Shown piece after piece: positions 50,337 through 62,500 of a DNA stretch of 64,000 bases (the stretch's first letter is position 1; each line of letters begins with the position of its first letter). This DNA comes from Azolla caroliniana (lineage: Eukaryota; Plantae; Polypodiophyta), in assembly GCA_043228905.1 (NCBI GenBank), contig JBHGNT010000008.1, forward strand, positions 13,702,001-13,766,000. Direction: 5' to 3'. The translations under genes were made by a program, and so were the position numbers. The notes under the pieces are model-generated. The model made no database searches, was not told the origin of the DNA, and was given only the letters and a program-made list of their open reading frames with translations.

Positions 50337-50634
50337 TAGGAGTCACAAAGGGCTAGGTTCAAGCCTAAACCGAGCAATTAAACCGTTTTTAAATGGTTTG
50401 GCAGATTGGTAGTTCCTTTCGGTGTCGGTCAGGCTTGAGCTTCGTAAACTTGTTTGAGCTTGGTTTGGCAAAGCTGAAGCCGAACTGAACCAGATATGTG
50501 ACTAAACTGGTTAACCCTTAACCAGTTTAGGAACCGGTTTGGACAAAGTGTTTATCCTTAACCGGTTTGTAAACCGGTTTGGTTTGGACAAGGCCGAACC
50601 GCCTAAGCCGAAACCGAACCATTGCCGATTCCTA
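50337..50634. mobile_element. hAT-type MITE
   Basis: TAGG...CCTA termini with imperfect TIRs, dense AACCG/CGGTT subterminal repeats, and imperfect 8-bp flanks GTAAATAC/GTAAATTA. Confidence 0.65.
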
Positions 50635-50948
50635 GTAAATTATACTACATAGGAATGTGTAGCATTTGTTTCTACAAAAGCCTCATAAGGGTCTAGTAAT
50701 CGTACTAGGATAAAATATTTCCATATTGAATTGGGGAGGATACTTGAAGTTCTCGAAGAGTGCACATTGTGTGCTTGTAGGCAAAAGAAATTTCAGAGGT
50801 GCTTGAGCAGCCATGGGTGGCCCTAAACTTCTACAACCTTTGGTCTCTTGGAGAACGAGCAACCCGTGGCTCTTTTTAGAATACTAGTTCTTTTTTGTAC
50901 TTGAAAAAGCAACATAACTATGAGTTGATAAGCAAGGGTTTGATCGAG

Positions 50949-51424
50949 TGTTAAGAGTCTATTACTAATGAATAGACCCTAGTAAAGTAAAAAGAAGGAA
51001 AATAGATTGGATAGAAGAACCCGTTCCACCCGACCACCCCCGAGCTATGATCTAGACATAGCCAACCTACCACCGACGTCCCATACCGCCGAATATTAGG
51101 ATGACTAATACCTTGGAAGAGATAAACACAATCATCGAGATAAAAGCCTAGCCTGCACCACCGGTGTCTAAGACAACAACCTTCCGACGTAATGTCCTTA
51201 TGAGGGTAGCTAAGCCTCATATTTATACCTTTTCCTAGGCCCCTTGAATAGATGTGCCTTTCTAAAAGGCTCTCCATTCATTGGTTGTGCAAATCATAAT
51301 TGTGCATGCACCTATCATTCCTTCTATCTAATCACATTAGTCCCCTTTTTAACATTAGTGAACATACCCTTCACTTATGTAAATATTAGTGACCTACCCT
51401 CACCCACGTTATGTGTACATAACA
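50949..51424 (-). mobile_element. Solo LTR distantly related to the LTRs at 56926 and 62937
   Basis: TGTTA...TAACA, with flanks TCGAG/TCAAG (one CpG-decay mismatch). Shares TCCACCCGACCACCCCCGAGC and GAGGGTAGCTA.GCCTC.TATTTATA with 56926-57380. Confidence 0.7.
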
Positions 51425-53345
51425 TCAAGCATGAGTATTTACATATGTAATGTTGTTGCTTGCCATCCCACGATAGTTGACAATAAAGAACTAGCAAATT
51501 GCCGTTGTGACATGTTTCCTTTGGACAATAAACAATTACCAAACTAGTAATTAGTGACCTATCATGAGCAAGTGTCATTAGTACAAAGATGCTAGTCATC
51601 AACCATGGAAACATGTTGCCTCTAGTGATCAACAACATGTTCTTAAGCTACTTTTTCACACCCTCAGTACGTTTGTTGGTTTCCCTCCACACATGCTCGT
51701 TGTAGGTTCTTGTTGGCATTGCATTGTGTCGTAGAGGTCGCATACATAGGCTTGAGAACCTCTCCTTTGTTGTTAATATGTTTGCAGTAATGAAGGTGGA
51801 CTGAGGTCGGAATCATAGAGTTAGAAAATGGGTTTGGTGGTCTCTCAGCTTGATCATGCAATCAAATTGGCACAAAAGTTGTGAAAAAAGGAACGGGTTG
51901 TGCCATTAACATTTCACATTTCAAATGCACACATGCAACTTCGTGACAATGTATTGTTCCATAATAGAGTTTCCTTTGTGGAATTGAACCAAGGAAGATG
52001 GGTTTGATTGTGGAGTTGTGGATTACAATATATTGTTCTTAATTACCAGGATCATTTGTATGTAAGTGTCAACTTTCTGGGGATATTCTATCAAGTTCAC
52101 TTTTGTGTCCTTGCATCTACATCACTTTCATAGTTCTGAGTGGGTAATTGTATTCAAGTCACTAAGCCTATTTGTATATCTATGTATAATTGTGAAATGT
52201 ACTTATATCATTGTTTGCATTCTGAACAAGTATGTGCACATGTTTGTGCACACACATATATATGTCAGTGGGGGAATATGTATACACATATGAGTAGGTT
52301 TATATATGTACATGTGCAAATGTTTGTGTAAAGAATATATATATTTAAAACTGGTTATATGTTTAAGTATGTGTGTGCAATGTGTTTCTGTATGTATATT
52401 CATATGGGTATGTGTAGTTATGCGTGCTTATGTATACATATTTGTATATGTGGGATATATTTATAAATAAATAAAAGGTAAAGTGTGAAGGGGTAAAATG
52501 TGTGTATATTATGAAATAGTCTAGTTCTTCATTCAAAAACTTGTTCCTTCCATTTCAATGTTTACACTTAGTTGGATGGTTATGTATGATAATTATTGGT
52601 TAGTTATAGGCGGTTCATGGTTAGTTATAGGTGATTCTTGGTGTTGGTGTAACGACCTTAACTAGACTATAGATAAAGTTACCATCGTTGGTTCTACTAC
52701 CTATGATTAAGGTTATCTTAGCTAGAGTGAAATTAAGATGGATTGTCGTAAATAATACCATAATGTGTGTGTGTGTGTGTGTGTTTATGTGAATTTATAG
52801 AAGCATATATCTTTGTGTATGTGTATGTGTTTTTGTTCATGTATGTGTATGTGTATGTGTGAAGGTGAGAAAGGTCGCAAGAAAGAAGAAAGAAAGATAT
52901 ATTAATGTCTTCTAAGACCAAAATTGGCCTTGACACAATTGGTTTACAACAAAATGGGGTGTGTACCCAATCATCAAAAATAAAAAATAAAACTTAGATA
53001 AAAGAGTTCTAGTATTGTACAAAATGTGCTATGGTTTAACATATTCTATAAAGGAAATGACTTTGTGCTAGTCCTAGTTTCATTTCCATCCAAGTCTCTC
53101 AAAAAGGAGCAGGAGGTCAAAGGGTTTCAATGTGGGTGTGGCCTCTGGTTCCAATGTAAAAGGTACTCCAACCATTGCTTCTAGGCGGTGTAACTCAAGT
53201 TCCCTTATCTTCTTAATTGCTTCTACACCACAAGTTTCTTTGAGGCTTGACATCCTAGGGCATTTGGTTGTTCTTTAGTTTTCTGCTTCAGCAAGGGAGA
53301 GGCCGAGTATTGCAAGTGTGTCCACATTCATCGACTCCCCATGTC

Positions 53346-55811
53346 TGTTACCGGCCGGCAAAGGAGTCCAGAGTGGGAAACGGAGAGTTAATTAAGTAGT
53401 AGGAATGTGGTTGTAATTAAGCTATGAGTGTGGATGGACGGACCGGAAACGGTATGCCGTTCCGGATCCGGACCGATCCCGAACAGGTGCGGATGGCACC
53501 GTTTTGTAATACAGACCGGAAACCTATTTAAAGGCCCGGATACAATGTAATAGTTAACGGTTAATTAATGAAAGCTTAAGCATTGTTATCTCTCTGTGTT
53601 AATTGTCGTTCTGTCTTAATTGTTATATCTTACGCGTGTTATGAAAGACGATCCTAATAAGTAACTTAATTAAGTCAGATTAAGCGTTGAAGTCTAATCC
53701 GGTTGCCGTAACACCCTTTGGTGAAGTGTCTCCCATAGACACCCTGTGTTAGGCCATTGTCCGGCCCGAAGAGTTAACACAGTTTTTGGCGACCACGATT
53801 CCTGTTTTTGCAGCGAACGACGTCACGGATGGATGTCTAGATCAACGCACGACCTGGTTACAGATCGAACTCGACGCCTTACCGAAAGGAAAAGGAGACG
53901 CGAGGCTTTCCAGCAAGCGGCGCAGGAAATTAGAGTGGATCGCTCGTTTTCCAACGTAATCTGGAGAGTAGCGGAGGACTCCCTCTGGTTACAGCAAACA
54001 TCGCACCCGGACGATGGCAACAGCTGTTGGCCTCTAAGGCCACTAAGGGAAAGGCGGCGGATGCAGAACAGGCGGCAGCAGGAAGTGGTAGCCGGAAGCG
54101 CCCAACGGAGGCGCAGGAGGAACCACCGGCACGGCCCGTAAAAGTCACACTCCGCCGACCGGTGAATCTAGAAGCGGACCCCTTGGCGGCAAAACTCAAT
54201 GCCGGAGCTCAGGAGGAGGAAATAGAGGAGGAGCCTACGAAGCACCTCCAACGATGGTCGTCGACAAGGACCGTTGAGACAGTCGGGAAACGTTCGGACC
54301 CTCAGACGGAGGGAACACCGGCTCCCCATACTGAGACTCCCACGCCAAGGAAGGAACCGGAACCGGTGCATATGGCATCGGAAACAGAAGCCCCGGCACC
54401 ACCGGAAACACCGACAAGTCCCATCCTGCCAGAGCCAGAAAGGGCAATGCAGCCTCCCTTGGTCAGCCAAGAAGAAGCGCAAGGGGAACCAGGACAACAG
54501 GATGGTCCACGGGCAGAAACGGAACTGCAACTCGGCGCAACCAGGCGGGACCACTCCTCTACAAGTGAGCCCATCTGTCAAACCTCCGTGCAAGTACAAC
54601 AAGGCACCGGTAGCCTGTGGCTCCGGTGGATAGGCGAACAGATTGCCGGAGCAGTGGGGTATATTGAGGCGGAAGAAAGAGCGCAAAGCGAACGGTTGCT
54701 CGTCAAAGCGAATTAAAGAAGACTGCTGAGAACCTCCGACGGGCAGAGGAGAGCCTCCGGAAAGGCCATCAAGCGTACGACCGGCTAAAGGAGGAGAAAG
54801 ACAAAGTGCTGCAGGAAAAGGACAAGCTGCGGAAAATGGCGGAAACAGAGATTGAACGGCTAAAGGAAGAGCTCCACCAGCAGAAGGACCGCGAGGACCG
54901 GGCCCGTCATCAGATCAACGCACGGCTCAAGCAAAAGACGGATGATTTTGAGCACCTGCACCGGGACTACAAACGGCTAGAAGCGGAGCATAAAGAACGG
55001 ATGACCGAGCTCCAGCAGGCAGTTGATCAGGCCGCGACGGCGATCGCCGACGAACGGGCGGAAAATACAAGACGCTTGGACGAGGTGGAGAAGGTCTGGA
55101 TGGAACTCCAGAGGCAGCAGCAGGAAGACAAAGAGAGAGCGTCAACAGTATTGCAGAAATTACAAAGCACATATCAAAGGCAATTGACGCATTACAAGGT
55201 GCAGGCAGAGGACAACGTCAAAATCATCAAACAACTGAAGGAGGAACGGCAAGCGGCGGAAACCAAATCGCAATTGGGAACGAGCCGGATTCAGTCCATC
55301 CTCCGGGCATGGCTGAATCAGACAAAACACTTGATTGATGAAAGCTCCGTAAAATGGTGGACAAAGTGGGCACAAAATGCGGCGGAACTCCAGTTGCTAC
55401 GGGCGGATGTGGCAAACCGGCGGAAGGAAGGAGATGATTGTTATACGTTGACTTCCGAGGACTTCACCGCCATACGGGACGAGCTGGCCGACGACTTCCA
55501 AGTCCTGGCAGATGAACAGCTGGTGCAGGTCAGGCAGCTCGTAGCCCAGCTGGACGATGATAGGTTGGACGCTCAAATCCAGTTTGAAAGCTACAAGCGG
55601 TCCCGGGTGCGGGAAGAAAAAGCACGAGAAGCGGCAACGGTTAACCTTAGTGATGAGGAACCGTCGCCGGCTGAGGACCAGCCAGGAACCAGTCAACCGG
55701 AGACCACTACGACGCAGGGAGCAATGACGGAGACGCCGGTGTCAGAGCCACAAACGGAGGAGCAACCGCAACAACCACCAACGGACCCGCCGCAGCAGAC
55801 AGCAACAGAGC

Positions 55812-55852
<41 letters not shown>

Positions 55853-56406
55853 CCACTTCCAGATGAACCATTGGAGCCTCTCGAACAAAGCATTCTGGAC
55901 ATTTTAGACGAAGAATAGCAAGGGTCGGTTGTGGATTCGACATACAAGGTACTGTCCCGCGGGCGTGCCATGTGTTACCGGCCGGCAAAGGAGTCCAGAG
56001 TGGGAAACGGAGAGTTAATTAAGTAGTAGGAATGTGGTTGTAATTAAGCTATGAGTGTGGACGGACGGACCGGAAACGGTATGCCGTTCCGGATCAGGAC
56101 CGATCCCGAACAGGTGCGGATGGCACCGTTTTGTAATACAGACCGGAAACCTATTTAAAGGCCCGGATACAATGTAATAGTTAGCTGTTAATTAATGAAA
56201 GCTTAAGCGTTGTTATCTCTCTGTGTTAATTGCCGTTCTGTCTTAATTGTTATATCTTACGCGTGTTATGAAAGACGATCCTAATAAGTAACTTAATTAA
56301 GTCGAATTAAGCGTTGAAGTCTAATCCGGTTGCCGTAACACCCTTTGGTGAAGTGTCTCCCGTAGACACCCTGTGTTAGGCCATTGTCCGGCCCGAAGAG
56401 TTAACA
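53346..56406 (+). mobile_element. Non-autonomous 3.06-kb derivative of the Gypsy-2 family: LTR, PBS, gag stub, extra ORF, LTR; TSD ATGTC
   Basis: 434-bp LTRs at 53346-53779 and 55973-56406 (about 9 differences by eye). PBS TGGCGACCACGA at 53787. TSD at 53341-53345 and 56407-56411. No pol. Confidence 0.93.
54027..55918 (+). pseudogene. Extra ORF (coiled coil, poly-Q tail) of the non-autonomous element, frameshifted by a deletion near 54706
   Basis: ORFs 54027-54716 and 54806-55918 are homologous to 22526-23815 (minus). (CAA)n at ~55811-55852. Confidence 0.8.
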
Positions 56407-56594
56407 ATGTCCTTGAAAAATTTCATTAGTTACATGTTGGTGAACATTAGAAAGGTTATGGTTAACATTTTGTAGCTTATTCTCTCTATGTTGTTTTATG
56501 TCTAAGATATATCTACCTAGTTTCTTTATATCTGGGGTAGTTAATAGTTTGGAGAGGGTGGGAGAGTGTCCTAGTATGTCTTGGTATTTTTCCC

Positions 56595-59500
56595 TTATCT
56601 CGGAATAAGTTTGACGCTTGCATGTAAAGTAATACTCATCCTCGGCTTGTAGATGAGAAGTCGGCAGACAGTCAGTACAGCCAGATCACTTCCTTCTCTG
56701 CTTCTGATGCTACATGTTCCATCATGAAGGATTCGAACTTCTTGTAACATTGGCGTGAAGCATGTTTCAGACCATACAAGCTTTTCTTCAGTCGACACAC
56801 CAAGTTCTCTTTCCCTTTCTCTACAAAGCCTTTGGGCTGTTGCATGTAAATCTCTTCATCCAGCTCCCCATGCAAGAATGTTGTTTTGACAGCCAACTAT
56901 TCAATCTCCATGTCCATACTAGCAGTATTAGAGATCTAGGTACTAAAGTAAGCTTAAGATAAGGATAAACAAATGATAGATAGAAAGGAGAAAGAGAAAG
57001 AAGGGTGTCGATCCACCCGACCACCCCCGAGCGAAGGGATCGAGACGAACTCGAGCCTCGATCGGCGTCCCATACCACCGCCGTGGCGTCGAGTCGTACC
57101 TGGTGCTGGCACGCTCGCTACAAGAGTTGGCCCACCACAAGAGCAGAGTCTCGATGTAGTCAAAAGATGATCAAATGAGGGTAGCTAGGCCTCTTATTTA
57201 TAGCGATACCCAAGGCCCCTAGGCAAGTTCACACTTGACCTAATGGGTTGTCTCAATCCCGAGGATTAGAAGTAATCCTCCACTTCTTTACACTCTCGTT
57301 TAACCCTCACACTTATCCATGTGTATAGAATACTACGGTAAATTCTCACCACGGGATATTAAATGGTCATGCTTGTAACATACTCCCCCTCTTTAAAACA
57401 TTGCACTCTTGCAATGGAAAGTTAGGGAAATTAGTTCTGAGAGTATTTTCGCGTTCCCATGTGGCATCTTTTATTGATTTATCCATCCATTTTATTTTAA
57501 ATTCTTGGATTTCTTTAGTACGTAATTTTTTTGTTTTAACATCAAGAATTCTTTCTGGTACATGTGGTTTAGAAGATAATTCTTTAGAAGTAACCAGAGT
57601 TTCAGTTGTAATTGTATTGTCGTCAAAACCTAGAAGTTCTTTTAGACGACTCACATGAAAGACTAGATGAATTCCAACACCATCGGGAAGAGCGAGACGA
57701 TAGGCTGATGACCCAATGCGTTTGAGGACTGTAAAAGGTCCACAAAACCGTGGGGCTAACTTAGCGCACTTACCCGTAGACAATGTCTTAGAATTGTGAG
57801 GTACATGTAAAAATACCTTCTGTCCAGGGTTGAATACACGAGGTTGCCTATGATGATCGACATAAAAACGAGCTCTATCTTGAGCTGTTTTTATATTATC
57901 TCGTGCAATATGCAACATATCTTGCATATCCCGAAGAAAGTTTTGCGTACTTCGCAACTCATCATGATGTATATTAACATCAATCGGGGCTCGTAGTTGA
58001 AAACCATACATCAACATAAAAGGACTATATCCCATCGACGTATGCTTGGAGTTGTTATAAGCAAACTCCAAATTTGGGAGATAACGTTCCCATTTTTTTG
58101 GTTTTGCACCAACATATGCTCGAAGCATGTGCTCAATAATTTGATTTACTCGTTCTGTCTGTCCATCAGATTGAGGATGATCCGTGGAGCTCATGCTCAA
58201 CGTAGTTTCTAACTTCTTAAAGACTTGCATCCAGAAGTCACTAGTAAACTTTGGATCTCGATCACTCACGATATCCATCGGTAACCCATAAAAATGAAAC
58301 AATTTGTCAACGAATTGGTAAGCCAATTCAGGAGCTGTACCGTGGTTTTAGTAGCAATAAATCTGGCCATTTTAGTTAGTCGATCAACTACAACCCAGAT
58401 GGCATCATGACCTTTTTGGGTGCGAGGAAGGCTAACAATAAAATCCATGGATATACTTTCCCACTTATTATTGGGAATGTCCAAGGGATGTAAAAGTCCT
58501 GCGGCTTTAAGTCGCTCGGCTTTGTTAACCTGACACTGGTGACATTTAGTCACATAGCTATGTATGTCAGGATGCATCTTAGGCCAATAAAATTGAGTGG
58601 AGATAAGAACGAGTGTACGATGTATTCCAGGGTGCCTTGCTGAGGGTGCATCATGGCATTAAAAAAGAATCCTCTTTTGGAACTCGGGTAAATCTGGAAC
58701 ACAAGCCTTCCCATTACGGTATAGCAAACCGTTAGCAATGTGGAAGTATTCCTTCAAGGATGTGATGGTATCTGTTCTAGACTCAACTCTTGCCCAGTAT
58801 TTTGCAAAATAACGATCATCAGGATACTTTCCTCGAAGGTGATCATAAAGATCTGATATTATTTCAGTGAAGCTAAGCATGTTAACTTCACGGATGCGAC
58901 TTAGTGCATCAGCGATAGTGTTCATGGAGCCTTTACGATATCGTATGGAAAAATCAAAGTTCTGGATGAGATCAACCCATCATGCCTTACGACCTTTCAG
59001 GTCTTGTTGGTCACAAAAATATTTCAAGGACTCGTGGTCCGTAGTTACCACAAAGCGATTTCCATAAAGATAATGGCGCCATGTTTTGAGCACATGTATA
59101 ACTGCAAATAATTCCTTTTTTTGAACGGTATACCGACATTGAGCAGAATCAAGTTTCTTACTCTCGAATGCTATTGGTTTACCATCTTGATACAAGACAA
59201 CACCTATAGCATAATCGCTTGCATCGGTTTCAACCTCAAAAGGTTTTGAAGGATCAGGTAAAAGAAACAAAGGAGCCTTGCAAACCAGGTCCTTGAGTTC
59301 CTTAAAGGTGAGGTCTAGTGTAGCATTCCACACAATAGGTTTTGTAGACTTACACATTTGACCTTTTAAAAGATCAGTAAACGGTGTCGTCAATTGGGAG
59401 TAATTACGAAGAGACTTTCGCAAAAACCCGACAAAACCAAGGAATGATCGAACTTCTCGAATATTCCGAAGAGTGGGCCAAAGCTTGATTTTCTCAATGC

Positions 59501-62500
59501 GAGAAGGATCAATTTCAACTCCTCGTTTGGTTATGAGATGTCCAAGATAAGTAATTGATTTCTTGAAGAACTCACATTTTGAGATCTTCGCATAAAATTG
59601 TTTGTCACGCAATGTTTGTAAAACAAAGCGGACATGTCTAGCATGTTCTTGTAATGTACGGCTATAAACTAAAATATCATCCAAGAAAATAACGACAAAT
59701 TTTTCAAGTTGTTCTCGGAAAATGTCATTCATTTCTTGTTGAAAAGTAACCGGAGCATTGGTCAAACCAAAAGGCATAACCAAAAACTCGTAATGGCCAT
59801 AGCGCGTACGAAATGTCGTTTTAGGAACATTGTCCTCACTTATTTGTATTTGATGGTACCCAGTACGGAGATCAAGTTTCGTAAAATACCGAGCTCCCTG
59901 GAGACGATCAATTAGATTGTCAGCCCGGGGCAATGGGTACGAATTCTTGATCGTCACTTTATTCAAGTGTCGGTAATTAATACACATACGCCATGTGCCC
60001 TCTTTCTTTTTAACCAAGAGAACTGGTGCACCCCATGGAGATTTACTATAACGTATATAACCCATTCGTAAATAGTCCTTAAGTTGCTTAGATACCTCAT
60101 CTTCTTCGGATCGACTTAAGCGATACGGAGGTATACTTATTGGTGCAACACCAGGTACAATATCTATACGATGGTCTATATTACGTTTAGGAGGTAACCC
60201 ATCAGGTAGTTCACTTGGAAAAACATCATGAAAATCATTTAAGATTTCATCAAGTTGTTGTTGTTCAAAATATGTTAATTGAACCGAGACATTATCGATA
60301 TTGTAAACGTGAATGTCCGGATCAAGTACACAATAAAATAACGTAGAACAAGACAACTCGGATATTGATGGACACGAGGAAACAATCGAGAGGGATTGTT
60401 TTTTTACACATTGAATAAAATGTGTACAATCGTTTAGTACAAAAGAAATGGAATGGCGAACCCAATCAATAAATAAAGAAGAGTTTTTATTATAAAACCA
60501 GGGATAACCCAGTATTACATCGGTGGTACAAAGATTCATTACATGGAAGTCTACTTCCTCTATATAAGTATCAATAGAAATTCCTAATGAATGAATCGCC
60601 CCGTTGATGTATTGTACTCTTCCATCAGCCAAGTGCACCGTGTAGGTGTGATCACTTATGGTGGGTTGGATTCCCCATATCTAAACCAAACGATCATTCA
60701 CAAAATTGTGTGAGCTTCCCGAATCAAATAAAAATTGTACAGGAGATCCATTGATATACCCATTTGCACGTAGTAAATCATTGGGACCCAATACATAGTG
60801 AGGGAAAGAACATTGACAATTACTTAAATGATGTGTATAGACCTGAAGGACATTAGAAATCTGACCTTTATGGTCTACAGCTTTAGCTTTGTTGTTGTGC
60901 TCTTTCCGTTGGAGCTTTCGACATTGATCTTTTGTGTGACCCTTCTTTTTGCAGAATATGCAAAAAGGATGTTGTCGCTTACAATCGCGATCCAGGAATT
61001 CGTTGGGTGTCTTGCGTTTCCCAACAAATTGCGACTGCTTAGTCCCAGGCGCTTCGTTGGGTTTGTTGTGGTTCTTCTTCGAAGTGCGTTGATAGCGAAG
61101 AACTATTTCAACGGCCTCTTCGAAGGATTTTGGATCCTTATCGTGCACTATCCAGTGATAGTCCGAATTGGGGATGCCATTGACAAAACAAGCTATCAAC
61201 CAATTGTCCCCTTCTAGACCCGATTTTTGGATTTGGGTTCTAGCATGGTGAACATAGTCTTCTAGCGAGGAAAATTTCCTGCTAGAGAGGTTCATTAAAG
61301 CTTCTGCTACCTCGGTTCGAGAGGGAGGTTGCCGAAATTGGCCCTTAAAAACCGTGACAAAATCTGTCCAGGTATCGGGCAATTTCCCCATAGTATGGAG
61401 CCCATGCCACCAGGCGGCGGCCTTACCCCCGAGTTCTCGGCCGACATATGCAATCTTCGTACTATCTGGCGTGGGATAGAGCTCAAAATGAGACTCCTAT
61501 CGTCCCAGCCATGTGCAGATTGCCTCTTCGGTTCTTTCCTTTTTGTCTCCCGTAAATGGCTTAACGACAAACGATGGTTCACCTTGTCGCTCATCAGGTC
61601 TATTAATCTCACATTGTACACTAATGACACGTGCCTCAAGAGCACTTTGATATTGCCGAAGTTCGGTTATCTGTTGAGCGGTGAAACTAAGGTATTGGGT
61701 TATTTGTGCCAAATACATCTCAGTGGACATTTGTCCAGGAGGATTCCCTTGAGTTCCTTCCGCTTGAGCGGATGACATCGGGTCGTTAATTTGAGCCATT
61801 AAAGATTATTTCTGGAAAAGAAATAGGATAAGGTCAGAGAGATAGTCATAACATCATGTCATGATGTAAACATATCATGGGCAAACATTAATCGATATCA
61901 TGATCTCACGTCAATACCCCTCTAGACGTATGAGATGAGGTTCAAGATCAGGTGACTATGGTAACACAAAGGTGTTTTAAAAACCATGGGGGTGACAATT
62001 TAATGTCTTTCCCTGATCTCTATATCGATTTTTTCATGGCGGCCCCCCGAGGCTCAACCATGTATGTTCCCGTCATGAATAGTTTATACACGAAAAAAAA
62101 TGTTAACAATAAACTATGTTTCAGTGCCCACATATGTGGTTTCGGCTCTTTAAGTCCTATTACGAGGACCCCGAGGTGCACTTAGACCTTAAGTCTAAAC
62201 ATGTGTTATAGTCATATGTATCAAGGATGTTGTATGGTCTTGGTCATATTTGAACTCGAGACCTCGAGAACAAATACATTAAACACTTGAGCCAACCAAG
62301 TAAGTTGATCTTCTCGAATGCTTAATGTTTGATGCGTATAAGAGATATGCGAGGCAATTGATCATATATGTTTTTTTTTTAAAAGAACATATATTTCAAA
62401 GGTCCTTATTTCGCCCTCATTTACCAAAACTATGTTGGTACGTTACCTAACCTCAAGTCTCGTAATTACGATGGCATACGCCAAATTGCAACCTAATGGT

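Noticed and set aside
51664-51950. Cys/His pattern resembling a BED zinc finger (hAT remnant)
   Set aside because: Too degenerate; no transposase core or TIRs recognisable.
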